Below, in pieces: positions 37,683 to 47,558 of a stretch of 64,000 nucleotides of DNA; positions within the stretch are counted from its first letter, which is position 1, and each line of letters starts with the position of its first letter. Source of the stretch: Candidatus Bathyarchaeia archaeon (GTDB taxonomy: Archaea > Thermoproteota > Bathyarchaeia > Bathyarchaeales > Bathycorpusculaceae); assembly GCA_050010755.1 (NCBI GenBank), contig JBEKKK010000001.1, positions 544,001 through 608,000 of the forward strand, read 5' to 3'. The notes under the pieces were generated by a model. That model was not told the origin of the DNA and searched no databases. It worked only from the letters and a program-made list of their open reading frames with translations. A program made the translations under genes and the position numbers.

Positions 37683-38450
37683 CTAATAACCTTTCCCTTT
37701 AGATTGTTTGAAAGATAGAAAAGAATTGGTTTTCGTCAAGGAGGGTTTAGTGTTGCCTTTTCCGTGAATCTTTTTTGAGAGGGCTCTTCTTGATGATATT
37801 ACGCCAAGCACAATGGCTATTGCGATGGCGACCCAGAGCAACAGCGGCGGTAGGATTGGTGGGCTCCATATGTTCGTGTCGGTTATGAGTACGTCGGTGT
37901 ACACGGCTCCAATGTACTCCAATCCCTCGGTCAGAACACCCGTCTGTTTGTCCCAGTAAAAGTAATAATTGCTGCCTTGCAATGTGAAGTTTGTGAAGAT
38001 GACTGTTCTGTCTGCACCTGCGTAGGATTGCGTCGTTTGGCCGGTGATGTTTTGTGTGCCAAATAATTCGCCTAAGTATACAGGATCGGTTATGTTCAAC
38101 CCTGCAGGAATGAAGTACGCACGCACATTGAACATTGGGTACAACGTGATATCATCTTGCGCGTTCTGAGACGTCAAATCGATGGTTTTTGTTTCGTTAC
38201 TTATTTGCAAGCTCGAAGTGTAAAGTGTAGCGTTTACCGTGACATTCGATCCTTCAACACTGAGAAAATCTATTCTTACAAATTCACTGCTTGGCAGGCC
38301 GCTCGCAACTTGCATCTCGTCTTGATACTCATATTCTGCCCAGTCTCCACTCTTTCCACCGAAGGAGGGGCTTCCCAGAGCCGAAACGCTGGCAATTGAA
38401 AACGCAAAAACCAATATAGCGATCAATATGCAAGCTTGGATGGTTTTCAT
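37683..38450 (-). CDS. Secreted/surface hypothetical protein with C-terminal TM anchor
   Basis: Signal peptide, GKSGDWAEY, YWDKQTGVL, C-terminal TM, several N-glycosylation sequons. Confidence 0.75.
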   Translation of the reverse strand: MKTIQACILIAILVFAFSIASVSALGSPSFGGKSGDWAEYEYQDEMQVASGLPSSEFVRIDFLSVEGSNVTVNATLYTSSLQISNETKTIDLTSQNAQDDITLYPMFNVRAYFIPAGLNITDPVYLGELFGTQNITGQTTQSYAGADRTVIFTNFTLQGSNYYFYWDKQTGVLTEGLEYIGAVYTDVLITDTNIWSPPILPPLLLWVAIAIAIVLGVISSRRALSKKIHGKGNTKPSLTKTNSFLSFKQSKGKGY

Positions 38451-38492
38451 CTGATTCTTCCGTTCAAATGGAATGAGGGTTGAAGGACAAGG

Positions 38493-39317
38493 TTAAACTT
38501 TTTGGATGCGGAGGCCTATTCTGTTGACCATTTCAAGAACTCTGGGTTTGTCCTCGCTCTTTATTCCTTTCCAGTCCAAAACGGCATATTCCACTTTTTC
38601 CAGCGTCCTGTCAACACACTGCTGAAGTATTTCGGAGTCTATCTGCGGTATGGAGTGCTTCGGTATTATATGGCCGAACGCGACCTCTGTCTGCAGCGCC
38701 ATTTTCGTGAACTTGTTGTTATAATGGGGTCCCCCGATGCCCAGCACGGTCTCAGCTGAGACGCTTCGGAATCTTGAGACGGCCCCCATTGCAGCGTGGG
38801 CGACGACTTCTGCGGCCGTGGCATCTTTCCATTGCTCGGGCGAGCTTCCGAGTTCGGCAAACATGGTTGGAGTGTTCAATGAGGGTCCATGATGTGTGCC
38901 CTCATACGAAACCTCATACTGGATCTGCATTTTATCTCTCATCTTTGACATAACTTTCAGAGCTTCTCGCATGGCGTTGCTCGGAGAAACTGAAACTTCC
39001 CGTGGCTTGCCTCCTAAATCTGCGGATCCTAAATTGCCCGGCGTGTGAACTGAGAGTGTAGGTGTGCCGCTCATGCTGCTGTGCCTTGAGATGAAAAGTA
39101 TCAGCTCGGTGTCGGTGAAGATTGTGGTCAAGTCCTGAGCGTATATCGACTCTCGGTTCAATGTTATGAGCTGAATACCCTTGCCATTGACTTGGGCAGT
39201 GTATACCGTATTTTCTTGAAATTTTGCCGTTGCCTCGATGAAACGATAATTGCTCAACAACTGTTTCTTGATGTTTAGGCTTGCAGGATCCTTTTCTGAG
39301 GCTACGATCAGAATCAT
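38493..39317 (-). CDS. dtdA: D-aminoacyl-tRNA deacylase (archaeal DTD2)
   Basis: SRHSS, SVHTPGN, EGTHHGP, ELGS, GGPHY. Confidence 0.95.
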   Translation of the reverse strand: MILIVASEKDPASLNIKKQLLSNYRFIEATAKFQENTVYTAQVNGKGIQLITLNRESIYAQDLTTIFTDTELILFISRHSSMSGTPTLSVHTPGNLGSADLGGKPREVSVSPSNAMREALKVMSKMRDKMQIQYEVSYEGTHHGPSLNTPTMFAELGSSPEQWKDATAAEVVAHAAMGAVSRFRSVSAETVLGIGGPHYNNKFTKMALQTEVAFGHIIPKHSIPQIDSEILQQCVDRTLEKVEYAVLDWKGIKSEDKPRVLEMVNRIGLRIQKV

Positions 39318-39427
39318 CGGCCACTCTTCCGCATGTAAGATGTGGTCATCTGGAAAAAGGTTTCCGTAAAGCTTATAATTTCCAAAGCGGGATGAAGCGA
39401 TGAAAGTTCAAGGAAAGGGGGTAAGGC

Positions 39428-40342
39428 ATGCATCTGATCAACTTCAAGGAATTGAATGGGCAGCGACTTACTGAAATCATCGACAAAGGTGTCGAAATCA
39501 AGCATGACCCCCAAAAACATCGGAAATCCTTGGATGAGATGTCTCTGGCTATGATTTTTCAAAAGACCTCGACCAGAACTCGCATTTCCTTCGAAGTAGC
39601 AATGACTCAGCTCGGCGGTCACGGCTTATTTATCGACTGGAGGACGACGAACCTCGCTCTCGCAGACATCGGCGACGAAACTCAGTATATCTCCCGCAAC
39701 GTTGACTGCATAATGGCGAGGCTGCTGAAAAACGCCGATCTGAAAAGCATGGCCGAAAACTCTCGCGTTCCTGTTATCAACGGCTGCGATGAGAAGTATC
39801 ATCCCAGCCAGGCAATTGCCGATTTGATTACGGTCAAAGAGAAGAAGGGCAAGCTGAAGGGTGCCCGCCTGGTGTACATAGGCATTCATAATAACGTGTG
39901 CAACTCGCTCGTAGAAGGGTGCACGAAGACGGGGGTTAAAATAACGACTGTGACGCCGATATTCAATGAGCCAGCACGGGACGAGAAGCTTCTTGAAGAG
40001 GCTCGGAGAACTGGGCTTTGGGAAACCACGCTCGACGTAAAGGCAGCCGTTAAGGATGCAGACTTCGTTTACACGGACACTTGGGTAGATATGGAATTCT
40101 TCTCCGACCCGAAATTTGCCGCGGAAAAGGAGAAACGTATAAAGATGATGATGCCCTACCAGTTGAACAAAGAACTGTTGAAGAACAGCCGCGCCTACGT
40201 GATGCACGACATGCCTATCCACAGGGGCTACGAGATAACGGCAGACGTTATCGGAAGCCCAACATCCGTGATATACGAGCAGAGCGAGAACAGACTGTAC
40301 TCGGCGAAGACAATTCTTCTGAAACTGCTAGGCAATTATTAG
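39428..40342 (+). CDS. argF: Ornithine carbamoyltransferase
   Basis: STRTR, HPSQ, YTDTWVDM, HDMP, EQSENR. Confidence 0.9.
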   Translation: MHLINFKELNGQRLTEIIDKGVEIKHDPQKHRKSLDEMSLAMIFQKTSTRTRISFEVAMTQLGGHGLFIDWRTTNLALADIGDETQYISRNVDCIMARLLKNADLKSMAENSRVPVINGCDEKYHPSQAIADLITVKEKKGKLKGARLVYIGIHNNVCNSLVEGCTKTGVKITTVTPIFNEPARDEKLLEEARRTGLWETTLDVKAAVKDADFVYTDTWVDMEFFSDPKFAAEKEKRIKMMMPYQLNKELLKNSRAYVMHDMPIHRGYEITADVIGSPTSVIYEQSENRLYSAKTILLKLLGNY

Positions 40343-40364
40343 ATTGATGGATTGTGGCACAATT

Positions 40365-41270
40365 TCATTTGAGGATCATTTGAACGAACCTTTCTGGATC
40401 GAACTCTTCTAAATCGTCGTACCTCTGTCCTGTTCCTATGAACAATATGGGCTTCTGAGTGACGTGGGTTACGCTCAGGGCGGAGCCGCCTTTGACGTCG
40501 GCGTCCACCTTGGTCAATATTGTGGCGTCTATTCCAACGCACTTGTTGAACTCTTCCGCCTGCATTACGGCATCGTTTCCGATGAGGGAATCCACAGTCA
40601 GCACGGTCAGATCTGGTTTTACGACCCGTTTGATTTTTTCCAGTTCGTTCATAAGGTTCTGATTTGTCTGCATTCGTCCCGCGGTGTCTATCAGGACGAC
40701 GTTTATTCCATGTGCCTTGGCGTGGCTTATCGTGTCATACGCCACCGCAGCCGGATCGGCGCCGTAAGCGTGCTTGATCATCTTTATTCCCAATCTTTTG
40801 GCGTGTTCCTCCAGCTGTTCAATGGAACCAGCTCTGTAAGTGTCGCTGCAGGCAATGACCGCCGAGTATCCTTTCTTGTTCAAGAAACGACAGACTTTGG
40901 CTATGGTTGTGGTTTTTCCGGTGCCGTTTATTCCTACGAAGACCATGATGTACGGTTCGCCCTTCGTTCGTTTTTCCTTGATGGCCTTTAGCAGATCTAT
41001 CTTAGTCTTGGTCTGCATGGTCTCCAAAAGTACTTCTCGGAGGTTTTTTTCCACGATTTTTCTGCGGTCTTCGAGTCGTTTGACCTGGACTTTGTCCAGA
41101 CGTTTTTCCATCTCGTCGCAAACCAGTTCCGCAACTGGGTAGGCAACGTCGTTCTCGACGAGGTTCATCTTGAAATCGGAGAGCACTGGCCGAAGGTTTT
41201 CAGGCTTGAGTTCGGTTGTTGTGACCTTGTTTACGAGACCTTTTAACCCGGATTTCAGTTTTTCAAACAT
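40365..41270 (-). CDS. ftsY: SRP receptor FtsY
   Basis: GINGTGKTTT, DTAGR, TKVDAD.KGG. Confidence 0.97.
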   Translation of the reverse strand: MFEKLKSGLKGLVNKVTTTELKPENLRPVLSDFKMNLVENDVAYPVAELVCDEMEKRLDKVQVKRLEDRRKIVEKNLREVLLETMQTKTKIDLLKAIKEKRTKGEPYIMVFVGINGTGKTTTIAKVCRFLNKKGYSAVIACSDTYRAGSIEQLEEHAKRLGIKMIKHAYGADPAAVAYDTISHAKAHGINVVLIDTAGRMQTNQNLMNELEKIKRVVKPDLTVLTVDSLIGNDAVMQAEEFNKCVGIDATILTKVDADVKGGSALSVTHVTQKPILFIGTGQRYDDLEEFDPERFVQMILK

Positions 41271-41271
41271 T

Positions 41272-41721
41272 TTAGGAAGCTTTCTCTCCTCTGACGGTGG
41301 CAGCTAGCTCCTCGAACCTCTCTCTGTCTTCGTTGATTTTCCCTGCAACTTGGACGAATTGTTGTTGGGTTGATGTTCTTGCCTTTTCTAGGTCTTCCAG
41401 ACGTTTTTTGATTATGTCCTTTGCTTCTTGGCGCGTTTTCTCAACTGAGACTCCAGCGCCTATTCCGACGATTATGTTGTCCGGATTGTCCAGTTTTGCC
41501 CTGATGTAGGAGGTGCCGCCGATTGGGACGAGAAGTTCAGAGTTCTCTTTTTCTTTTTCCAAGCTCTGCAACGTCATGTTTGCGTAAGTCAGATCTTGGG
41601 TAACTGCGTTTAACATGCTTAGTCTAGACTGTAACGCCTCTGCCGTCTGCTCGAGGTATCGAAGTTCAACGCTTATTTTTCGAATCTCTTCCTGGTTCTT
41701 GCTAGCCAACCTGTGCTTCAC
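41272..41721 (-). CDS. pfdA: Prefoldin subunit alpha
   Basis: LVPIGG, VGIGAGVSVE, flanking coiled coils. Confidence 0.93.
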   Translation of the reverse strand: MKHRLASKNQEEIRKISVELRYLEQTAEALQSRLSMLNAVTQDLTYANMTLQSLEKEKENSELLVPIGGTSYIRAKLDNPDNIIVGIGAGVSVEKTRQEAKDIIKKRLEDLEKARTSTQQQFVQVAGKINEDRERFEELAATVRGEKAS

Positions 41722-41950
41722 CAGTGACTAGTTTCTTCAGCAATGGGTTCTCTATCTGGTCCGGAGGGATCTCTTCAGTGCTTGATATTCTTATGTGGCA
41801 GCGCTTGACACGATGTTTGCTTCCTATCTCAGCGTAAACTTTTTCCACGGCGTGTTCGGGTTTCTCTGCTACGATCTCTTTTTCAAAAGCAGTCTTAAGG
41901 TTTGGTTTCAGGATTTCACCTGTTACTCTGAAAACTTTCAATCTGTTCAT
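41702..41950 (-). CDS. rpl18a: 50S ribosomal protein eL20 (L18Ae/LX)
   Basis: EKVYAEIGSKHRVKR; synteny. Confidence 0.92.
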   Translation of the reverse strand: MNRLKVFRVTGEILKPNLKTAFEKEIVAEKPEHAVEKVYAEIGSKHRVKRCHIRISSTEEIPPDQIENPLLKKLVTGEAQVG

Positions 41951-42623
41951 CCTCTTTTACAACATCCAAAGCGTTCCCTATTATAAACATCTCGGGTCCC
42001 GTTGTTAGGAGACCAGCAATGGCGGCATGGCTGTTTGCGATAAGACCCGTTCCAACATAGGGAATTCCGCAGTTTATCGTGCCAACGTCGACTGGAACTT
42101 TCAACACGTCTTCCAAAGTTTTTCTTTCAGACTCCTTCAACAAAGGATGCGCCAAAACGCCTTTGTTCGTAGCTACTGCCAAGGAGCCGACATAGGGCAG
42201 GCCCGCAATTTCACTCTGAACCGTCTCAACGCACAGGGTCTCAGACACCGTCTGCACTTCCGAACTTTTCAAGCGTGGATCAGCGATGGCGCCGTGATCG
42301 TTTGCCAGAACAAGGTTTCCATAGGCGGTTTTTCTGGTTTCCATTATCGTTACGTTTCCTTCAAAGACGCTTCTTATGCTTTGAAGCTCCTCTTCTCGGA
42401 CGAAGCTGGGCAGAAGGATTCCGTTTGAATTTGCATATGCGAGTGCACCGGCAAGGACTGAGCCGCCTATCGCCGTTTGTATCAGCTTGACTCTCAACCA
42501 TTGGCTGAGTCTCTCAGCCTTTTTTGTCGGCACAGATTTTGGGACTATAAGCATCTTTTCTGTCGCTAGTGAATAGACACCTAAGCTTGGGCTTCCGATG
42601 AGACTCGATAGGTAAATGGCCAA
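41916..42623 (-). CDS. eif6: Translation initiation factor aIF6
   Basis: GNLVLANDHGA, ATNKGVLAHP, GTINCG, TTGPE. Confidence 0.95.
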   Translation of the reverse strand: MAIYLSSLIGSPSLGVYSLATEKMLIVPKSVPTKKAERLSQWLRVKLIQTAIGGSVLAGALAYANSNGILLPSFVREEELQSIRSVFEGNVTIMETRKTAYGNLVLANDHGAIADPRLKSSEVQTVSETLCVETVQSEIAGLPYVGSLAVATNKGVLAHPLLKESERKTLEDVLKVPVDVGTINCGIPYVGTGLIANSHAAIAGLLTTGPEMFIIGNALDVVKEDEQIESFQSNR

Positions 42624-42626
42624 GGA

Positions 42627-43124
42627 TTAATCTCCTTCGGCCAGATAAACTGTAATATTGCCGTCCTTGTCTTTTGCAGCTCTTACCCGAATTTTCCTCG
42701 GAGGCTTCTCTACGCCTCTAGTCCAGACTCTCTCGTTTACTTCGTTACTGATGATGAGTTTTGGAAGCTCTTCTTCCTCTTCTTCTTCCTCTTTTTTGGC
42801 TCCCAGCTTCATGTGTTTTGTTATGAAGGCTCTGATCATCCGCATCGCTCTTGGCGTTCTTTTTCTGGGCGGCATAATCCAGGCCTTCCCGAGTGGAATC
42901 GTGTAGATTCTTTCTTCAACTATTTCTTCTTCCTTGGGCTTCTCCTCCCGTAAGGGCGGCTTGACTTCTTCCTCTACGGGAACCTGCACCTCTTCCTCCT
43001 TTTCTTCAACCTCTGGAGCCTGTTCTAGAGTTTCTTCTTCTGCTGTCTTCTCTTCGAGTGTCTGTTCAGAAGTTTCAGTCTTTTCTTCTTCTTGTTCAGT
43101 TTCCTCGGTTTTCTGTTCTTCCAT
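42627..43124 (-). CDS. rpl31e: 50S ribosomal protein eL31 with long acidic N-terminal extension
   Basis: ERIYTIPL, PRKRTPRA, VNERVWTRG..PPRKIRV; ATG at 43124 downstream of rpl39e. Confidence 0.92.
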   Translation of the reverse strand: MEEQKTEETEQEEEKTETSEQTLEEKTAEEETLEQAPEVEEKEEEVQVPVEEEVKPPLREEKPKEEEIVEERIYTIPLGKAWIMPPRKRTPRAMRMIRAFITKHMKLGAKKEEEEEEEELPKLIISNEVNERVWTRGVEKPPRKIRVRAAKDKDGNITVYLAEGD

Positions 43125-43156
43125 TTTGCTCTCCTCTTCCGTCAAAGCTTTCCCTG

Positions 43157-43312
43157 CTAGGCCCTGATTTTCCTCTCTCGCCACTGTCTTCTCTTGGGAT
43201 GGTCTCTGAATTTGCCTCCTGATCGAGCCATGACCCATGTTGGCACTGGTTTCTTCTCCTTTCCTGCTTTTGCAAGCCTGCGTTTCTTTGCGGCTGGTTT
43301 GTTACGAGTCAT
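43157..43312 (-). CDS. rpl39e: 50S ribosomal protein eL39 (not in the ORF track)
   Basis: Manual translation MTRNKPAAKKRRLAKAGKEKKPVPTWVMARSGGKFRDHPKRRQWRERKIRA (51 aa). Confidence 0.95.
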   Translation of the reverse strand: MTRNKPAAKKRRLAKAGKEKKPVPTWVMARSGGKFRDHPKRRQWRERKIRA

Positions 43313-43314
43313 CT

Positions 43315-43653
43315 TTATCTCCTTCTGATTGTTGTTTCTCGCTTGCGCGATTGAAGCTGGGTCAGTATTTTCTTGAGCTGGTCATCCGCCAACGGGATCG
43401 GTATTTTTCCTTGTTGTGCCAACTGGATAAGCTGCAGTTCTAGTTGATTTGTGAATTCAGGCTTAACCATTTTCAGGTTCGCCAGTCTCTGCCTGGCCTC
43501 GGGCGATAATATGTTTCTCAGCAATGCCTGTTTTTGCTGTTCCAGCTGTTGCTCCATCTGGGCGCTTCTCTGCTCGTCCGACGCCTGTCTCTGAAGCGCT
43601 GAGAGTTTTCTTCTGCGGAGCTCTTCCAGTTCTTCATCTGACATTTCACTCAC
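43315..43653 (-). CDS. PDCD5-like DNA-binding protein
   Basis: ELEELRRRKL, ILSPEARQRLANLKMVKPE. Confidence 0.93.
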   Translation of the reverse strand: MSEMSDEELEELRRRKLSALQRQASDEQRSAQMEQQLEQQKQALLRNILSPEARQRLANLKMVKPEFTNQLELQLIQLAQQGKIPIPLADDQLKKILTQLQSRKRETTIRRR

Positions 43654-44113
43654 CTTTTTGGTATCTCTCCATTTCTGGAAGATCCTTCACCAGTTCTTTG
43701 CCCAGCTCTTGAGCGAGTTCCCGCAGAAGTTTTCTTCCCTCTCGTGTTGATCTTCTTCCGCGGGGTTTGAACGTTTCAATGTAACCGGCAGCTTCCAACT
43801 GTTGAAGTGCTTTTCTCACTATTGAGCCGCCTGCTTTGGCTGCGTGACTAGGTTTGACTCCGTAGTTCTTTCTGCCGCCGTAGTCGGCTCTGAGTTTTTC
43901 AATACCAATCGGGCCGTGGATGTAGATTTTTCTCAGCAACGAAGCGGATCTCACGTACCACCAGTCTGGATCCTGTGGCTGCTTTTCAACATGCGTCCCT
44001 GTCTTTACCATGCTTGCCCATGCCGGCGGAGTTACAGCATCCACGTTTTCTTTCAGGTATTTTGCTAGTTTTTTTATGAGCATGGACGCTGGAACATCGT
44101 TAGGGGTTATCAA
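43646..44113 (-). CDS. rps19e: 30S ribosomal protein eS19
   Basis: VKTG, WWYVRSASLLRK, YGGRK, ALQQLE. Confidence 0.97.
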   Translation of the reverse strand: MITPNDVPASMLIKKLAKYLKENVDAVTPPAWASMVKTGTHVEKQPQDPDWWYVRSASLLRKIYIHGPIGIEKLRADYGGRKNYGVKPSHAAKAGGSIVRKALQQLEAAGYIETFKPRGRRSTREGRKLLRELAQELGKELVKDLPEMERYQKGE

Positions 44114-44234
44114 GACTATTTGTCCTCTTGGCGTTTCTCAGTAAAATCATGAAGCCTCATATAAATCTTCTTTGGACGAAGACTTCAGTGCGCTAAGCAC
44201 TTCAAAGGCTATGATAGGTCCGATTGCACCAGTA

Positions 44235-45749
44235 CTAGATGGCTAGCTTCACAGTTGGCAAGAATTCGGGGGGCTTGCGAACCCTCGTTGCTTGTTCAAA
44301 CGCGTAAGCCAATCTGACAAGCGTCGGCTCTTGCCATGCTTTCGCAAAGAATGAGATGCCGACTGGCAAACCGAAGATGTATCCTGCAGGCACCGTGACG
44401 TGCGGATACCCTGCCACTGCAGGAGGCCTTGTGCAATCCATGTCCCAGTTGGAAGCGTCGCCATTGACCAGATCAATCGGCCATGATGGGCCTCCGGATG
44501 GAACTGCAATGGCATCGAGTTTGTATTTTCGCATTGTCGCGTCAATGCCTTCCTTACGTGCTAGGCGATGGTTCCTTGCAAGTGCATCGCGATATTTCTT
44601 GTCTTGTAGTGAGTCTTTCTTTTGTGCTATTTCCATATGTTCTTGACCGAAGTAGGGCATCACACGTTCTCTGTTTTTTTGATTGAATTCGATGATTTCT
44701 GCCAGTGTTTTCACGCGAGCCTTCGTTTCCGCCAAATACTTGTTCAGATCCGCCTTGAACTCGAAATGCAAGACTTCCAGTTCGGTCGTGCCGAATTTCT
44801 TGAAGTTCGACATGTTGGCCGGGTCAACGATTACTGCCCCCTTTTGCTTCATCACGTCGAGGCATGACTCGAAAATCCTGATTATGCGTTTGTCGGTTCC
44901 TATCATTTTTCTCGGAACGCCGATCCGCGCGCCGTTGAGGCCATTCTTGTCAAGGAACTGAGTGTAGTCTCTGAGCGCTTGCTTCCCGCTGGGTCTGGTA
45001 GCTGGGTCTCTTGCATCGACTCCTGTAAGTGCTCCTAGAAGAATTGCCGTATCTGCAACTGTGCGTGCCATGGGGCCCGCTGTGTCCTGGCTGTGGGCGA
45101 TAGGAATAATTCCGCTTCGACTCCACAAGCCAAGGGTGGGTTTGATTCCGACGATGCTGTTTGTTTGGCTCGGGCAGATAATGGAGCCGTCAGTCTCTGT
45201 GCCGATTGCCGCTGGGCACAGGTTTGCTGCCGCTGCAACGGCTGAACCTGATGACGAACCGCATGCGGAACGGTCAAGGGCGTAGGGGTTGCGGGTTAGT
45301 CCGCCGCGAGACGACCACCCGCTGATAGAGCGTTTGCCTCGAAAGTTGGCCCATTCGCTCAGGTTAGTCTTGCCAAGTATGATCGCTCCTGCCGAACGCA
45401 GTTTTCTGACTATGAACGCGTCGAGAGGCGGAATGTGGCCTTCGAGCGCGAGTGAACCGGCTGTGGTCTGCATTCGGTCATGCGTGCCAATGTTGTCTTT
45501 GATGAGAATGGGAATGCCATGGAGGGGTCCTCGAGTTTTGCCGTTGCGCCGCTCATCGTCGAGTGAAGAAGCGATGGCCAAGGCGTCAGGGTTCGTCTCG
45601 ATTATAGAGTTGATCCTCGGGCCATTCTTGTCCACTGCTTCAATCCTCTCCAGATACAACTGAGCGAGGTCGCGCGACGTCATCTCGCCTGTGTTCATCA
45701 TTGATTGTAATTCGGCAATCGTATATTCCTTCAATTCCATTCTCTCCAC
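44235..45749 (-). CDS. Amidase-signature family amidase
   Basis: IKDN, GKTNLSEWANF, GSSSGS, GTETDGSI. Confidence 0.93.
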   Translation of the reverse strand: MERMELKEYTIAELQSMMNTGEMTSRDLAQLYLERIEAVDKNGPRINSIIETNPDALAIASSLDDERRNGKTRGPLHGIPILIKDNIGTHDRMQTTAGSLALEGHIPPLDAFIVRKLRSAGAIILGKTNLSEWANFRGKRSISGWSSRGGLTRNPYALDRSACGSSSGSAVAAAANLCPAAIGTETDGSIICPSQTNSIVGIKPTLGLWSRSGIIPIAHSQDTAGPMARTVADTAILLGALTGVDARDPATRPSGKQALRDYTQFLDKNGLNGARIGVPRKMIGTDKRIIRIFESCLDVMKQKGAVIVDPANMSNFKKFGTTELEVLHFEFKADLNKYLAETKARVKTLAEIIEFNQKNRERVMPYFGQEHMEIAQKKDSLQDKKYRDALARNHRLARKEGIDATMRKYKLDAIAVPSGGPSWPIDLVNGDASNWDMDCTRPPAVAGYPHVTVPAGYIFGLPVGISFFAKAWQEPTLVRLAYAFEQATRVRKPPEFLPTVKLAI

Positions 45750-45954
45750 CAGTTATCTAGTGTTCCAACTGGAGCTATGTTTCATTTTTTCCTTCTTAAG
45801 CGTTGGTACGGTGTCAAATCGGTTTCGTCCAGTTGCGTTACGAATTTGCCCGAAACACAGATACAGCCTGGCGGGTAAGCGGGTTCTTAATTTTTGCTTC
45901 AGACTGGAATTGGAGAGGATGTGTGTTTCAAATTTTCCTTCATGGACGCGTAGA

Positions 45955-46014
45955 GGTTCTAGTGTGCGCCAACGGCCTCCCCCCTCGGTCTACGATATGA
46001 TCCAAATATGATTT
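45955..46014. repeat. 60-bp dispersed intergenic repeat, copy 2
   Basis: 56/60 identical to 1507..1566. Confidence 0.9.
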
Positions 46015-46193
46015 AGAGAGAACGCTCATTTCGTCCATGGCTCTTTGAGCTTTTGTTCGACCCAACGTCATGATAGATCATGGCCTTGAAACAGCACGAT
46101 TGCTTTGTCGGTGAACTTTCAATTTTATCTTGTCCTAGTGATCAAGCAACGTAGTTTGGGAACAGACTTGGCCCCGCCTATTGCGTAGTGAAA

Positions 46194-47351
46194 TTAGCGA
46201 CCTTGTGTCGTTTCGGGTTCAGGTTGGCTATTCGTGTTCTTGCTTAGATACTTGGTAGAAAGAAGGTATAGCGGGATCGGCAGAAGCGACACTGCGCTGA
46301 GAACTGTGAAGTACGAGGTGTAATCATGGTTGGTTATGAAAATGTATGTGGGAATCAGGTTTGTAATTCTGCCTGTCATGAGGCCGACTTCCATCATGAC
46401 TAGGATGCTGGCGTGGTATTCTCTTGGGAAACTGTCGCCGTAGCAAGCGAACCAAGAGAGGGCGAAGGCTGCGGCCAATCCCGACAAGACGGAAAGGAGG
46501 ACTAGCTGAGAAATGGTTGTTGCGAACCGGAGGGCAAAGTACCACGCAGCGTATAGTATTGAGCTTATGATGGCGAATCTGACGCGTGATCCTCTGATGT
46601 CGGACAGCCTGTTTATTCCGATGTTCAGCAGCGTTATTATGAGGGAGCTCGCGGCGATTACGAGGCCCATGGAGACTATTGTTGAAGAGATGCTGAGCAC
46701 GAAGAAGGGGTAAGCGAGCCAGTATGATTCGGTCAGGCCGAGCAAAAAGAAGGTGAGCATGAAGATTTTGAATGCGTTGTTCTTCGGTGCTAGGAACTTC
46801 TGCCTCTCTGGCTTGAAGTGTATTCGCAGGGACACGGCGAATGAGGCGAGAAAAAGGATTATCGACATGGCGAAGAGGTAGACGAAACCGTACTCTTGAA
46901 TTATGAATCCTCCGATGGCAGGACTGATAACTCCTGCTATCCCAGGTATGACTACGGACAGCAGACTGATTAGAATCGCGCGCTGTTTGGTTTCGCTCAG
47001 TCTGAACATCAGCAGGTTGAAGCTTGGCCAAAAGGTTCCCAGGCTAACTCCATAGGCCAATCCGAGAAGAACCGGGTTTTTCACGTATATTAGAGCGACA
47101 TAAAAGAGAAGCGTCAGGATGATGCCTATGCTGATTATTCTCTCGAAATGCTTTGTGATCCTGATCGTTAGCACGGGGATGAGCCCGACAGTGATGAAGG
47201 TAAAAAATAGAATGACCACTATGGATGGGATGCTCATTCCTAATGATTCTTTGAAGTATATCGGCAGAAACGTTCCAGACAACGAGGTGGTGAAAAAGAA
47301 TAACGAGACGGTGATTGCCAGTAATCTGGTGGAACTTTCATCGGACGACAT
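46194..47351 (-). CDS. MFS transporter
   Basis: ~12 TMs; RLSDIRG and PAIGG motifs. Confidence 0.8.
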   Translation of the reverse strand: MSSDESSTRLLAITVSLFFFTTSLSGTFLPIYFKESLGMSIPSIVVILFFTFITVGLIPVLTIRITKHFERIISIGIILTLLFYVALIYVKNPVLLGLAYGVSLGTFWPSFNLLMFRLSETKQRAILISLLSVVIPGIAGVISPAIGGFIIQEYGFVYLFAMSIILFLASFAVSLRIHFKPERQKFLAPKNNAFKIFMLTFFLLGLTESYWLAYPFFVLSISSTIVSMGLVIAASSLIITLLNIGINRLSDIRGSRVRFAIISSILYAAWYFALRFATTISQLVLLSVLSGLAAAFALSWFACYGDSFPREYHASILVMMEVGLMTGRITNLIPTYIFITNHDYTSYFTVLSAVSLLPIPLYLLSTKYLSKNTNSQPEPETTQGR

Positions 47352-47558
47352 GAGGCCTTAGCCCGTAGATAACCAGTGTTATCCTTATATGCTGAACATG
47401 TTCACTTCGCGCGCTAGAATAAGGATGGCCGTTCCAATGAACGGTTGGACGCGATGGCGAGTCTCAGAATCCGCGACGCTTTCCGTCATTTCGATAGAAT
47501 GCTTGACTCAGCACAATCTGTTAATTTGTTCGATTGTGCGTAGAAAAACCTTTTAAAC

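Noticed and set aside
43125-43238. Further N-terminal extension of eL31 in the ORF track
   Set aside because: It overlaps rpl39e in another frame
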